Source: a bacterium
Lineage (GTDB): Bacteria; JADJOY01
Assembly: GCA_046331705.1 (NCBI GenBank)
Contig: JAXLQJ010000004.1
Span: 62,001 to 126,000, forward strand
Length of the DNA stretch: 64,000 bases
Direction of reading: 5' to 3'
Shown here: positions 43,310 to 52,566 of the stretch, piece after piece
Numbering within the stretch: position 1 is the stretch's first letter
How the letters are laid out: the number at the start of each line of letters is the position of its first letter
Program-made: the position numbers and the translations under genes
The notes under the pieces: model-generated
Told to the model about the DNA's origin: nothing
The model's input: the letters and a program-made list of their open reading frames with translations, nothing else
Database searches by the model: none

Positions 43310-43498
43310 ATGCGAGCGTTGCTACGTCGGCTCATCCGCGAAGACGACGGCCAAACCATGATCGAGTACGCGCTGCTGGCGGGGATCATCGCCGTGGCGG
43401 CGATCACGATTCTTTCGACGCTGCGCGGTAGCATCGTCGACGTGTTCGGCACCGTGAACGACGCGCTCACGGGCGCGCAGGTGGGAGACGCGGGCTGA
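43310..43498 (+). CDS. flp: Flp/Fap family (Tad) pilin
   Basis: 62 aa; REDDG|QTMIEYALLAGIIAV (prepilin Gly, EY motif, hydrophobic helix); GAGGAG upstream. Confidence 0.92.
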   Translation: MRALLRRLIREDDGQTMIEYALLAGIIAVAAITILSTLRGSIVDVFGTVNDALTGAQVGDAG

Positions 43499-43572
43499 GC
43501 CACCCGACGCTGCGGGCGCTTGCCACGCAGCGTACCCGCGACGCTGCGGCTGCGGACCAGAACGCAGCCGCG

Positions 43573-43607
43573 AAAAACCCGCAGTCGCCATAGCGACTGC
43601 GGGTTTT
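43573..43607. terminator. Bidirectional intrinsic terminator between convergent flp and ihfB
   Basis: AAAAA-CCCGCAGTCGC-CATA-GCGACTGCGGG-TTTT: a perfect 11-bp stem flanked by A and T tracts. Confidence 0.85.
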
Positions 43608-43674
43608 CTGTCGGGCCAGCGCCACGCCTTGGCGGGAACTCGGCCCTGCCCTCACCGCTCGAGAAGCACCCCGC

Positions 43675-44088
43675 TCAGTCGTCGTCTCCCTCGCGTGACG
43701 ACGTGTCGCCGTCGTCGCCATGCTCCTCGCCCGACTCGGCATCGCTGAGGGCGAGATCGTCGTCGAGCTCGTCGTCGAACCCGTCGTCGTGCTCGCCACC
43801 CAGCAGGTCGGTCCGTCCGTCGACCCGCTCCTTCAGCTCCTTGCCGACCTTGAAAAAAGGCAATCGCTTCGCGGGTACCTGGACCTGCTCGCCGGTCTTG
43901 GGATTGCGACCGACGTAAGGCTCGTAGGTCTTGACGATCAAGCTGCCGAACCCGCGGATCTCGATCCGTTCCCCGCGCCTGAGCGCCTCGGTCATCCCGT
44001 CGAGGACGAGATTCACGACCAGGTCCGCTTCCTTCTGCGTCATCTTGCGCCGCTCGGCCAACGATTCGATCAGGTCCGACTTGTTCAT
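43675..44088 (-). CDS. ihfB: Integration host factor subunit beta (HU/IHF family) with an acidic C-terminal tail
   Basis: MNKSDLIE, GERIEIRGFGS, GRNPKTGE, PFFKVGKELKERVD, then a D/E-rich tail. Confidence 0.9.
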   Translation of the reverse strand: MNKSDLIESLAERRKMTQKEADLVVNLVLDGMTEALRRGERIEIRGFGSLIVKTYEPYVGRNPKTGEQVQVPAKRLPFFKVGKELKERVDGRTDLLGGEHDDGFDDELDDDLALSDAESGEEHGDDGDTSSREGDDD

Positions 44089-44153
44089 GGCCCGGACTCC
44101 CAGCGCGCTCGCCGCCATCCCAACACGAGATGGATCGGGGTTTGTGCCGAGGG

Positions 44154-44182
44154 ATGCTACCGACCGCCCTGGGTAAAGTCAA
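44154..44182 (-). promoter_or_regulatory. Sigma70-type promoter for ihfB
   Basis: Minus strand TTGACT-17 nt-TAGCAT, about 65 nt upstream of the ihfB ATG. Confidence 0.65.
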
Positions 44183-44323
44183 GAATCAATTGACGTTTTT
44201 CGACTCGAGGCGGCGCGGATTGACGTCGCGCCGGCTCCCTGGCCGTGCTATACCGTGCCGTCAACGGCTGCTCACGGATCGCGGCGTCGCCGGGAGCCGC
44301 GCGAGCGCTCGAGAGGAGGCGCG

Positions 44324-45046
44324 ATGCCCGAAGAACTGATGATCCGCTGCGAGGACTGCGGCCTCGTCTTCAACAAGATCACCTACCCCGAGTGCCCGAG
44401 GTGCCGGCACCTTCGTCGCAAGGCATCCGACATCCTCCCCGGCGCAGGCGTTCGCGCCGACTTCCGGGCCACCGGATCCGCGGCTGCCGCGGTCCAAGCG
44501 TTCTTGGGCTGGGCGTTGCCGCTGATCGTCGCCTTCCTCGCGGGTGGTGCGTCCTTCATGATCGGCGTGAACCTGTCCGCGGGTCTGCCGTGGAACGAGC
44601 CGCCGCTGGCGGTCTTCCGCGTGCCGCAGCCCTACGTGGTGTGGAAGGTCGCGCGTCCGACGACCACGGAACCAGCCGGCCCGGTGACGGAGCAGCCGGT
44701 CGTCGCGCAATCCGAATCCGAGGTGTTGGTGATGGATGCTCTCGAGAAATCGACGGACGAATCGAATCGTGTGTCCTTCGACGGCACGGTGCGAAACGTG
44801 TCGTCGGTGGCCGTCGAATCGGCGCGAATCACCGTGGCGGGTTTCGATGCAACCGGCACCGAGCTTCAGTCCGACTGGATGATGCTCGCGCCCACCAAGC
44901 TCGAGCCCGGAGAGAGCGGCAAGTTCCGGCTCAAGGTCGTGAACCATCCGGCGATCGAGCAGTATGCATTCAAGGCCACCTGGACGCAGCCGGTCGAGAA
45001 GCAGCTCAAGACGTTGTCGGCGCTCCCAGCGCCCGCAACGCCGTGA
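44324..45046 (+). CDS. Zn-ribbon + TM + FxLYD-like Ig-fold domain membrane protein
   Basis: CEDC...CPRC N-terminus, one TM region, C-terminal GTVRN...FDATG...LEPGESGKF; GAGGAGG RBS. Confidence 0.65.
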   Translation: MPEELMIRCEDCGLVFNKITYPECPRCRHLRRKASDILPGAGVRADFRATGSAAAAVQAFLGWALPLIVAFLAGGASFMIGVNLSAGLPWNEPPLAVFRVPQPYVVWKVARPTTTEPAGPVTEQPVVAQSESEVLVMDALEKSTDESNRVSFDGTVRNVSSVAVESARITVAGFDATGTELQSDWMMLAPTKLEPGESGKFRLKVVNHPAIEQYAFKATWTQPVEKQLKTLSALPAPATP

Positions 45047-45077
45047 CGACCGCTCCCGCGAGCCAGCGCGCGACGTG

Positions 45078-45107
45078 TTGACGGCGCGCGTGAGCGCGCT
45101 TTAGGTT
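45078..45107 (+). promoter_or_regulatory. Sigma70-type promoter for tRNA-Arg
   Basis: TTGACG-18 nt-TAGGTT, ending 12 nt before the tRNA. Confidence 0.5.
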
Positions 45108-45119
45108 CGCGGGCCTTCG

Positions 45120-45193
45120 GCCCCCGTAGCTCAGGTGGATAGAGCGAGGGATTCCTAATCCCTAGGCCGGACGTTCGAGTCGTCTCGGGGGCA
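45120..45193 (+). tRNA. tRNA-Arg(CCT)
   Basis: Acceptor GCCCCCG/CGGGGGC, D arm GCTC...GAGC, anticodon stem AGGGA/TCCCT with loop TT-CCT-AA, T loop TTCGAGT, discriminator A. Confidence 0.95.
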
Positions 45194-45281
45194 CCCTTTC
45201 GAGCAAGACGAGCGCCGGGCGCGAGTCGGGTAGGAGCGTCGCATCAGCGCGGGTAACGAGTCCGAGCGGGACGGCGTCGAC

Positions 45282-46217
45282 GTGATCGGGGAGGCGGCGT
45301 CGATCGCTGCCTGGCTGCGCGGAAGCGTGGAGCTCCTCGCCGAGGCTGGCGTGAGCGGCTTGCCCCAGGCACACACACGCGCCTCCGCGGCGCCTCAGGC
45401 CGCGTCGCTTCCGCCGCGCGCGCCAGCTCCTGGCGCTTCCGAGGCGGGTCACCCGGCGCGCGGCCTGCCGGAGGCCGCGGAGGCGAGGCGATCGGCGACG
45501 CGCCCGCTCGCGATGTCCGCCGAGCAAGCCGGCACCGTCGCGCCGCAGGCGACGGACGCACCCACGGCACCCGAGCTGGGTTCGCCGGTCCAGCAGCTCG
45601 ACGCACGGCGACCGCCAGTCGAGCGTCGTTCGCTCGCGGACGTCCAGGCCGAGCTCGGCGATTGCACGCGCTGCAAGCTTCACAAGGGCCGCACCAAGCT
45701 CGTCTTCGGCACGGGAAACCCGCATGCGGACATCGTCTTCGTCGGCGAAGGACCGGGCGAGGACGAGGACAAGCAGGGCGAGCCGTTCGTGGGGCGAGCG
45801 GGCCAGCTGCTCACTCGCATCATCGAGGACGGCATGGGGCTCGCGCGAAGCGACGTCTACATCTGCAACATCGTGAAGTGCCGTCCGCCGCAGAACCGGG
45901 AGCCTGAACGAGACGAGATCGACGCGTGCCTGCCGTTCCTGGCGCAGCAGATCGCCGCGATCGGACCCAAGGTGGTGGTGACCCTGGGACGACCCAGCAC
46001 GTCGACGCTCCTCGGGCGCGCCGTGTCGATCAGCTCGGTACGCGGCAAGTGGTTCGACTATCGCGGGGTGCCGTTGATGCCGACGTTCCACCCGGCGTAC
46101 GTGCTGCGCCGCTACACGCCGGAGGTGCGGCGCCAGGTCTGGGAAGACATGAAGGAAGTGCTGCGCAAGATCGGCCGCGAGCCGCCCACGCCACGCCGCG
46201 GCTCCGCGCTGGGATGA
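45282..46217 (+). CDS. Uracil-DNA glycosylase family 4 with a Pro/Ala-rich N-terminal extension
   Basis: [51 protein letters not shown]. Confidence 0.93.
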   Translation: MIGEAASIAAWLRGSVELLAEAGVSGLPQAHTRASAAPQAASLPPRAPAPGASEAGHPARGLPEAAEARRSATRPLAMSAEQAGTVAPQATDAPTAPELGSPVQQLDARRPPVERRSLADVQAELGDCTRCKLHKGRTKLVFGTGNPHADIVFVGEGPGEDEDKQGEPFVGRAGQLLTRIIEDGMGLARSDVYICNIVKCRPPQNREPERDEIDACLPFLAQQIAAIGPKVVVTLGRPSTSTLLGRAVSISSVRGKWFDYRGVPLMPTFHPAYVLRRYTPEVRRQVWEDMKEVLRKIGREPPTPRRGSALG

Positions 46218-46265
46218 TCGCGCGGCCGCCGGCGAGACCTCCGGCGGCCACGGATCGAGCTCGAG

Positions 46266-47843
46266 TCAGACGGCGCGTGCCGACGACGCGCGCTCCATCG
46301 TGAGCCGCCCGGAACGCCGCCGCGAACGCCCGCGCAAGGCGAACGCAAGCGCCGCGGCCAGCGGCACGAACGGCGCTTCGCCGCTCGCCTGGCTCGACAC
46401 GCGCGCGCACCCCCCGCCCGTGTCGCAGGCGTCTCCGATCCCATCGTGATCCGCATCCGCCTGATCCGGGTTCGCGACGTCCACGCAATTGTCGACCGCG
46501 TCGTCGACTCCGTCGTTGTCACGATCGTCGGGATACGCGTCACAGACGTCGCCGAGGCCATCGCCATCCCCATCGGCTTGATCGGGGTTGTACGCGGCCG
46601 CGCAGTTGTCGACGAGATCCACCTTGCCATCGGAGTCGCCGTCCGCCTGGGTGCCCGCGATCAGGTGGAACGCCGCGGGTCGGTTCTCCTCGTACGTGGG
46701 AATGATCTGATCCGGCGGCAAGGTGAAACCGGGGATCGAGCTGTTGGGACGAAGCTCGATGGTGAAGCCGGGACGGCCGGTCACCTCGTAGAACCAATCG
46801 TCGGTGGTGCCAGCCGCGAGATAGAGATCGCTCGACTTCTCGGCGGTGTAGATCACGCCGTGCACCGAGTTGATCATCGACTCGAGGTCGTTCGCGATCC
46901 GCCCGAGAAGCGCGTCATCCGGTGCCTTGTCGTACGTCCAACCCCACGGCCAGAGCACCAGCTGCGAATACGAGTGATAGGTGAGCAAGAACTGGAAGTC
47001 GTGCGCGCCGACGAAGTCGCGGATCACCTGGGTCTCGGGCTCGCTGAACGGCGCGGTCCCGCGATAGGTGTCCGAGCTCGGCGTCCCGGACGAGCCCGAG
47101 CCGCCCCAACCGCTCGCGTAATTCCGGTTGAGATCCACACCGTACGAGCCGCCGCTGTTGAGGCGGCGATTCTTGCGCCACATCCGGTTCACCAGACGCG
47201 AGTACTCGAAGCCATCCGGATTCACCATGGGCACGATCCACGTCACACCGCCGTCCACCAAGGCCTTCACGGCGGGGTTCGTCGCGTACTCGTCGACCAT
47301 CGCCTTGGCGAGCAGAAATGGAACCTCCACGCTGATCCACTCGCGCGCGTGATGGCATCCGACGATCACGCCTTCCTTCTCGCCCGGCTCGTCCAGCTGA
47401 GGATTGTCCGAGATCTTGACCCCCAGCACGTCGCGACCCTCGAGGCTGCGACCGACCACGCTCACCTTCGCGATGCCGCTCGCCTCGAGCGCGCGCAGAT
47501 CGGCGTTCAGGCTGTCGTACGTGTGGTACTGGGCGTCGGTGGCCACCGGGCTCGACTCGATCGCGTCGATCGCCGCCGCCAGGTCGTCGATCTCGATGCG
47601 CACGCGATAACCGATGCCGCGCAACCGAGCCGCCTCCCCCGCGTCCATGTAGAGGTACGCGTGATCACCCTCGACCTCGAGAATGTCGAGCCCGCGATCC
47701 GCGAGCGCCTGCACGGGATGCGCAGCATCCACGGAGACGCGGTACACCTTGCCGGGAATCTCGTAGCGCGCCTCGGCCGTGCCCGCCACGAGCACGCCCG
47801 CGATCGCCAGCGCGAGCCCCCACCGCTTCGACCCCTTCGCCAT
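46266..47843 (-). CDS. Secreted M14 zinc carboxypeptidase (carboxypeptidase T-like) with TSP3 calcium-binding repeats and a MYXO-CTERM-like anchor
   Basis: Signal peptide, HHAREW, VNPDG, WRKNR, GVDLNRNY, FSEPET, HSYS, FTIELR; DxDGDGxGDxCD repeats; C-terminal GGGCA...TM...RRR. Confidence 0.9.
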   Translation of the reverse strand: MAKGSKRWGLALAIAGVLVAGTAEARYEIPGKVYRVSVDAAHPVQALADRGLDILEVEGDHAYLYMDAGEAARLRGIGYRVRIEIDDLAAAIDAIESSPVATDAQYHTYDSLNADLRALEASGIAKVSVVGRSLEGRDVLGVKISDNPQLDEPGEKEGVIVGCHHAREWISVEVPFLLAKAMVDEYATNPAVKALVDGGVTWIVPMVNPDGFEYSRLVNRMWRKNRRLNSGGSYGVDLNRNYASGWGGSGSSGTPSSDTYRGTAPFSEPETQVIRDFVGAHDFQFLLTYHSYSQLVLWPWGWTYDKAPDDALLGRIANDLESMINSVHGVIYTAEKSSDLYLAAGTTDDWFYEVTGRPGFTIELRPNSSIPGFTLPPDQIIPTYEENRPAAFHLIAGTQADGDSDGKVDLVDNCAAAYNPDQADGDGDGLGDVCDAYPDDRDNDGVDDAVDNCVDVANPDQADADHDGIGDACDTGGGCARVSSQASGEAPFVPLAAALAFALRGRSRRRSGRLTMERASSARAV

Positions 47844-48022
47844 GGCCTCGTCCCTCCCCCGCCCACTGCGAGCCCAAAGGTGGTCGCGTGCCACCACGCG
47901 CGGACTCGGCCCCACCGAGCCCCCACCCGTCCTTCCGTGCCCACCGCGAGCGACGCGGCCCGAATCGGCTGTCCCGCGGTGCGCCTGACCACTATCCTCG
48001 CGCGGATCGACGGAGGACCGCA

Positions 48023-49381
48023 ATGAAAGTCTGCCTGGTCGGCGGCGGTGGCAGCCGCGCACCGCTCTTCGTGCGCGCCCTGGCGAATCGCGCGACGTCG
48101 ATCGTCGTCGACACGCTCGTCCTCACGGACTCGGACGGCGAGCGATTGCGCATCCTGGGCGGCCTGGCGCGCGCCTGCGCGCGTGAGGCTCGCGCGACGT
48201 TCGCCGTCGAGCTGGTCGGGGACATCGAGGCGGCGCTCGACGGCGCCGACTTCGTGATCACCTCGATTCGCGCCGGTGGCGACGCGGCCCGCGCACGCTA
48301 CGAACGCATCGCGCTCGATCACGGCGTCATCGGCCAGGAGACGGTCGGCGTGGGCGGCTTCGCGTTGGCCCTCTGGAATGGACCGGCGCTTCTCGACCTC
48401 GCCACGGCGATCGAACGCTTTGCACCCGGCGCCTGGACGCTCCACTTCACCAACCCCGCGGGCCTCGTTGCGCAGATCCTGCACGACGCCGGCTTCGCCC
48501 GGCACGTGGGGATCTGCGACACGCCGACCGATCTCGTGCGGCGTGTGGCCGCGTTCGCGGGCGTCGACGCGGCGTCGGTCGATGCGGGCATCCTCGGGCT
48601 CAATCATCTGAGCTGGCTGGTGCGTTTCGCGACCGCCGACGGGCGCGACCATCTGCCCGCGCTGCTGGCCGACGATGCGTTCCTCGCCCAGCTCGGCGAG
48701 CCGTTCGAGCCGGAGCTGATCCGCAGCTTGCGCGCGCTGCCCACCGAGTACCTCCACTACTACTACCATCGCGACGCGGCGCTCGCGCGCCAGCAGCGAC
48801 GCGCGCAGACCCGCGGTGCCTATCTCGACGCACGCAATCGCGCGCTGCGCGAAGAGCTCGCGGCCCTCGATCCGAGCGGCGCGTTCGCCGCTTGCTTCCC
48901 CGCGGCGGCGGCAGCGTACGCGCGCTACTCGGCGGATCGCGACGGCTCGTATCGCGAAGAGCTCGGGCGCATCGGCGCGGCGGCGCCTGCCGACGAGACC
49001 GGCGAGGGCTATGCCGGCGTCGCCCTCGATCTGATCGAGGCGATCCGCGGCAACGGCGCGCGCCGCACGATCGCGTCGGTGCCGAGCCGCGGTCGCGTCC
49101 CCGGCCTCGATGGCGACGACGTGATCGAGACCAGCGTGACGGTGGACGACTCGGGCCTCGCGCCGGTGCCAAGCGGCGCGTTGCCGCGCGACGTGCACGG
49201 GCTCATCTGCACCGTGAAGGGCTTCGAGCGCCTGGCGAGCGAGGCGATCCGGACTCGCGACGCCACACTCGCTGCGCGCGCGCTCTCGGCCCATCCGCTG
49301 GTCGGTTCGTATCCACTCGCCGTGCGCCTCGTGGGCGCGCTCCTCGCGTCCCATCGCGATCCGCGCGGGGCCTGGCGCTGA
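48023..49381 (+). CDS. Glycoside hydrolase family 4 (6-phospho-beta-glucosidase-like)
   Basis: [62 protein letters not shown]. Confidence 0.92.
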   Translation: MKVCLVGGGGSRAPLFVRALANRATSIVVDTLVLTDSDGERLRILGGLARACAREARATFAVELVGDIEAALDGADFVITSIRAGGDAARARYERIALDHGVIGQETVGVGGFALALWNGPALLDLATAIERFAPGAWTLHFTNPAGLVAQILHDAGFARHVGICDTPTDLVRRVAAFAGVDAASVDAGILGLNHLSWLVRFATADGRDHLPALLADDAFLAQLGEPFEPELIRSLRALPTEYLHYYYHRDAALARQQRRAQTRGAYLDARNRALREELAALDPSGAFAACFPAAAAAYARYSADRDGSYREELGRIGAAAPADETGEGYAGVALDLIEAIRGNGARRTIASVPSRGRVPGLDGDDVIETSVTVDDSGLAPVPSGALPRDVHGLICTVKGFERLASEAIRTRDATLAARALSAHPLVGSYPLAVRLVGALLASHRDPRGAWR

Positions 49382-49460
49382 ACCGCAAGCGCCCGATCGA
49401 ACGCCGCGAACCCGTGGAGAGCACACGCGTTTTCGGCGCGAAATCCACTTCGCCACGGGT

Positions 49461-49490
49461 TTGACACGCTCGGAAACCCGTCATTACACT
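49461..49490 (+). promoter_or_regulatory. Sigma70-type promoter for the ferredoxin gene
   Basis: TTGACA-18 nt-TACACT, about 100 nt upstream of ATG 49593. Confidence 0.65.
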
Positions 49491-49592
49491 CGGCGCCCGG
49501 CGCCCGACCAGGCGAGCTGCTGCTCGAATTTGGTGATCCGAGCGGCATCGGATCCCACCTTCCCCCGACCGTGTCCAAGGAGAGCTGAAGTC

Positions 49593-49880
49593 ATGTCGAC
49601 GACGATCACCGACGAGTGCATCAACTGCGGAGCATGTGAGCCGGAATGCCCGAACAACGCGATCAGCGAAGGTGACGACATCTACGTGATCGATCCGCAG
49701 CTCTGCACCGAGTGTGTCGGCTTCTTCGACATCGAGCAGTGCGCCGAGGTTTGCCCCGTCGACTGCTGCGTTCCCGATCCCAACAACCTCGAGTCCGAGG
49801 AAGTGCTGCTGGAGCGCGCGAAGAAGCTGCACCCGGATCATCAGTTCAACGAGCCGATCCCCTCACGCTTCCGGAAGTGA
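49593..49880 (+). CDS. yfhL: YfhL family 2x[4Fe-4S] ferredoxin
   Basis: [28 protein letters not shown]...[11 protein letters not shown]. Confidence 0.95.
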   Translation: MSTTITDECINCGACEPECPNNAISEGDDIYVIDPQLCTECVGFFDIEQCAEVCPVDCCVPDPNNLESEEVLLERAKKLHPDHQFNEPIPSRFRK

Positions 49881-49925
49881 GCGAACGCGCCAGCGCGGCG
49901 CGTCCCTCACGCGATTCGCCGAGAC

Positions 49926-49961
49926 GACGACGGGAACCCGCGCGGGTTCCCGTCGTCTTTT
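49926..49961 (+). terminator. Intrinsic terminator after the ferredoxin gene
   Basis: GACGACGGGAACCC-GCGC-GGGTTCCCGTCGTC-TTTT, a perfect 14-bp stem plus U-tract. Confidence 0.85.
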
Positions 49962-50063
49962 GTCATCGCCTGCGCCACGAGCACGCCTCGCGGCGCGCGT
50001 GCTCGGCCCGCAAACCTCGGCGGTCGCCTGCAGTGACCGTCGAAGCCGCGGACGCCTGCCGGC

Positions 50064-51155
50064 TCACTCGCGCGCGATTCCCGCTGCGCCGAGCCGTTCG
50101 GCGGCCTCCAGGATCGCGTCCGGGATGACCCGCAGCTGGCGGACACCGACCATCGGGTTGCGGCCCGCGCCGAAGACACGATCGACCACCAGGCCGATCT
50201 CCTTCCAGTCGAGAGGCACCAAGCGCAGGTCCCGCTCCAGCGCTTCCACCGCGCTCGCGGGCGCCATGAAGTCGCCGCGGATCCGTACCGCGCCGAGGAA
50301 TCGCTCCTGCACCACCTGCACCGCGGCCTCCAGCCAGCCGCACGCGACGGGCTGCAAATCGGAATACGCCCAACCCTCGCCCGACTCCTTGCCGATCGCC
50401 TCCTGCGCGCTCGCGGGACTCTCGCGCTCGGCGAGCAACGTCTCTTCGAGCGGGGAGAGATCTCGATCCCGCAGCTCGGCCTCCTGAAGGCGCGCGTACG
50501 CATCGAGGATGGCCGCCTCGAGTGCCGCGCGGTCCACCGCGCGGCCGGCCTCGCGAACCAGCGTCGTCGCTTCGGGATCGGCCCGATTCCCGCCCTCGCT
50601 CGGATAGCCATCGAGCTCGCGCGGCAGCGCCGTCGCTGCATCCACGGCGATCAACGCGTGGAACAGGCTCGCGCCGCTCGGCGCCACCTCGAACGAGACG
50701 TATCCGCCCAGCTTGCGATCCACCGTCAGGAAATCACGGCCGAAGAAGTACGCGCGGAAGCCGCATTTCTGCAGCCCGCCCAGGATTCCACGCACGTAGC
50801 GATTGATGATCTTCTCCGGCCCGATGCCCGGCGAGCCGGGCGGCAAGAGCGCGGACGGCTCTCCGAGCGCGAGCGTGACGCTCAGCTGGCCGCTGCTCAT
50901 CCACACCGTGCGGCCGCCCGTGAGCCGACGCAGCACGGGGACCGAGGCGTCGAGCGCTTCCGCGCGCAGCGCCGAGCGGAGACGCTGAAATCGCCCCAGC
51001 GACACCGCCGAGCCCTCGATCCAGCCGAGGTGCAGCACCGGCAAGCGGACTGCGCCGTCGCGCCCACGTTCGGCCTGCGCGAGCAAGTAACGCTGGATCG
51101 TCCGATCACGAGCGGGCGAGAGCGCGGCGGAGCGAACGACCTCGAGAATGCGCAT
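50064..51155 (-). CDS. Lipoate-protein ligase A family protein
   Basis: VSLGRFQ, VLRRLTGG, DFLTVDRKLGG; C-terminal ligase domain IRGDF. Confidence 0.75.
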   Translation of the reverse strand: MRILEVVRSAALSPARDRTIQRYLLAQAERGRDGAVRLPVLHLGWIEGSAVSLGRFQRLRSALRAEALDASVPVLRRLTGGRTVWMSSGQLSVTLALGEPSALLPPGSPGIGPEKIINRYVRGILGGLQKCGFRAYFFGRDFLTVDRKLGGYVSFEVAPSGASLFHALIAVDAATALPRELDGYPSEGGNRADPEATTLVREAGRAVDRAALEAAILDAYARLQEAELRDRDLSPLEETLLAERESPASAQEAIGKESGEGWAYSDLQPVACGWLEAAVQVVQERFLGAVRIRGDFMAPASAVEALERDLRLVPLDWKEIGLVVDRVFGAGRNPMVGVRQLRVIPDAILEAAERLGAAGIARE

Positions 51156-51167
51156 GGAACGAGGGCC

Positions 51168-51644
51168 TCAGACTCCGACGCGGATCAGGTAGGCCCAGTT
51201 GAGCACCACCACCACCACCAGCGCGACGCGGACGCGACGGCCGACGACGCCACTCGCCGAGATGCGCAGCGGTCGCCAACCACCCCACACGACACCGGCG
51301 GCCCAGGGCAGATAGGCGACCGCCAGCAGCGCCGCGACGGTCGCCAGCGGCTGAACGACGAGTGCCGCGCGCACGTCGCCGTGAGCGAGCGCCATCAGCG
51401 CACGCGTGAGCCCGCACGTCGGGCAGGGAATCCCGAGCAACGCATGCACCCAGCACGCAGCACCCGTCACCCGGCCGACGAGCAGCGGACTCGGGAAGAC
51501 GCGCGCGGCCACGAACCCGAGGGACGCGGTGACCAACAACGCCCGCTCCACCGCACGCGACGGCTCCGACGACGACGCTCGCACGGCCGCCGGCTCGCGC
51601 CGGCCACCCGTCGATCGCAGCGGTGCCCCCATCGCTCGCTCCAT
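51168..51644 (-). CDS. DUF2752 family membrane protein
   Basis: C...LGIPCPTCGLTRA...HGD...A...P, ending LNWAYLI. Confidence 0.85.
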   Translation of the reverse strand: MERAMGAPLRSTGGRREPAAVRASSSEPSRAVERALLVTASLGFVAARVFPSPLLVGRVTGAACWVHALLGIPCPTCGLTRALMALAHGDVRAALVVQPLATVAALLAVAYLPWAAGVVWGGWRPLRISASGVVGRRVRVALVVVVVLNWAYLIRVGV

Positions 51645-51651
51645 CGCGCGC

Positions 51652-52500
51652 CTACTTTCCGATCTGGCTCGCGATCCCCATGAAGATGGCGGCCAGCCCG
51701 CCGAACGAGCCGCAACACACGATCGCGGGCAACGACACCGCGAAGGTGGCGCGGCCGATGCCGATCTCGTGCGCGCGGGCCAGAGCGATGATCTGCACGA
51801 TCGCTCCCCACAGCGCCAGCACGATCCCTGCCGCGCCCATCACGCCCATCGCGGCGGCGCCACCGAGCGGCAGCAGCAACACCGCCGGCACGACCTGAAG
51901 CAAGGCGAACGCGCCGCGCGTGTAGCAAACCGCGCGGAAGGTGGTCTCGAAACCCCGCTTGCCACCGCCCACCAGCAGCAAGCACAGGTGCAGGGCGCCA
52001 CCCACCAGGAAGAGCATCAACACCAGACCGACCACACCGCTCACCAACGACGCGGCAGCCGCGGCAGGACCGGGATTGGCGAGCCAATCCTTCACCCACG
52101 GCGGGACCTCTTCGCCCAGCTTGTCGAAGAACGCCAGCATGTCCGGCCGCACCGCCGTCTGGACGAGAACGCTCGCGATCGTCGCGAGCGCACCCGGGAT
52201 CAGCGCGAAGAGCAGCGGGCTCTCGAGCCCACCGTGGCGCCGCATGGTGGCGAAGGTCGCCGAGGGGCGCAGCAGCACGCTCACGATGGTGGATCCCAGC
52301 GCGCCCAGATCGAGGGCGCTGTCGCGCCGTTCCCACGCCGGACCATCGCGGCCCTCGTCCGCCTGCGTGGCGAGGGCGCCGGCATCGGGCTGCGGGACGC
52401 CGGCCACGGGCGCTGCCCCGGCGGCGCTCAGGTCGGCGCCGCAATCGCGGCAGAATCGGACTCCCTCGACGACCTGGGCGCCACAGTGTGAGCAGAACAT
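51652..52500 (-). CDS. Zinc-ribbon + Yip1 domain membrane protein
   Basis: MFCSHCG...FCRDCG, PAWE, LLRPSATF, GFETTFRAVCY, several TM helices; GGAGG RBS. Confidence 0.8.
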   Translation of the reverse strand: MFCSHCGAQVVEGVRFCRDCGADLSAAGAAPVAGVPQPDAGALATQADEGRDGPAWERRDSALDLGALGSTIVSVLLRPSATFATMRRHGGLESPLLFALIPGALATIASVLVQTAVRPDMLAFFDKLGEEVPPWVKDWLANPGPAAAAASLVSGVVGLVLMLFLVGGALHLCLLLVGGGKRGFETTFRAVCYTRGAFALLQVVPAVLLLPLGGAAAMGVMGAAGIVLALWGAIVQIIALARAHEIGIGRATFAVSLPAIVCCGSFGGLAAIFMGIASQIGK

Positions 52501-52566
52501 GGTGCCTCCCGGCGCTCGAACGACCCACGGGCCGCGCCGCGCTCGAACGGATCGAACGGTGCTACG

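Noticed and set aside
44183-44200. IHF autoregulatory site beside the ihfB promoter (AATCAATTGA)
   Set aside because: It matches WATCAA but lacks the downstream TTR, so support is too weak.
45120-46300. tRNA-Arg as an integration site for an island or prophage
   Set aside because: No integrase and no duplicated tRNA 3' end were seen; the flanking genes are housekeeping-type.
46420-46640. Short repeated GATCC/TCGCC/GTCG-type motifs that might suggest a repeat array
   Set aside because: They encode the TSP3 DxDxDG repeats of the carboxypeptidase; there is no fixed-length repeat-spacer pattern and no cas gene.
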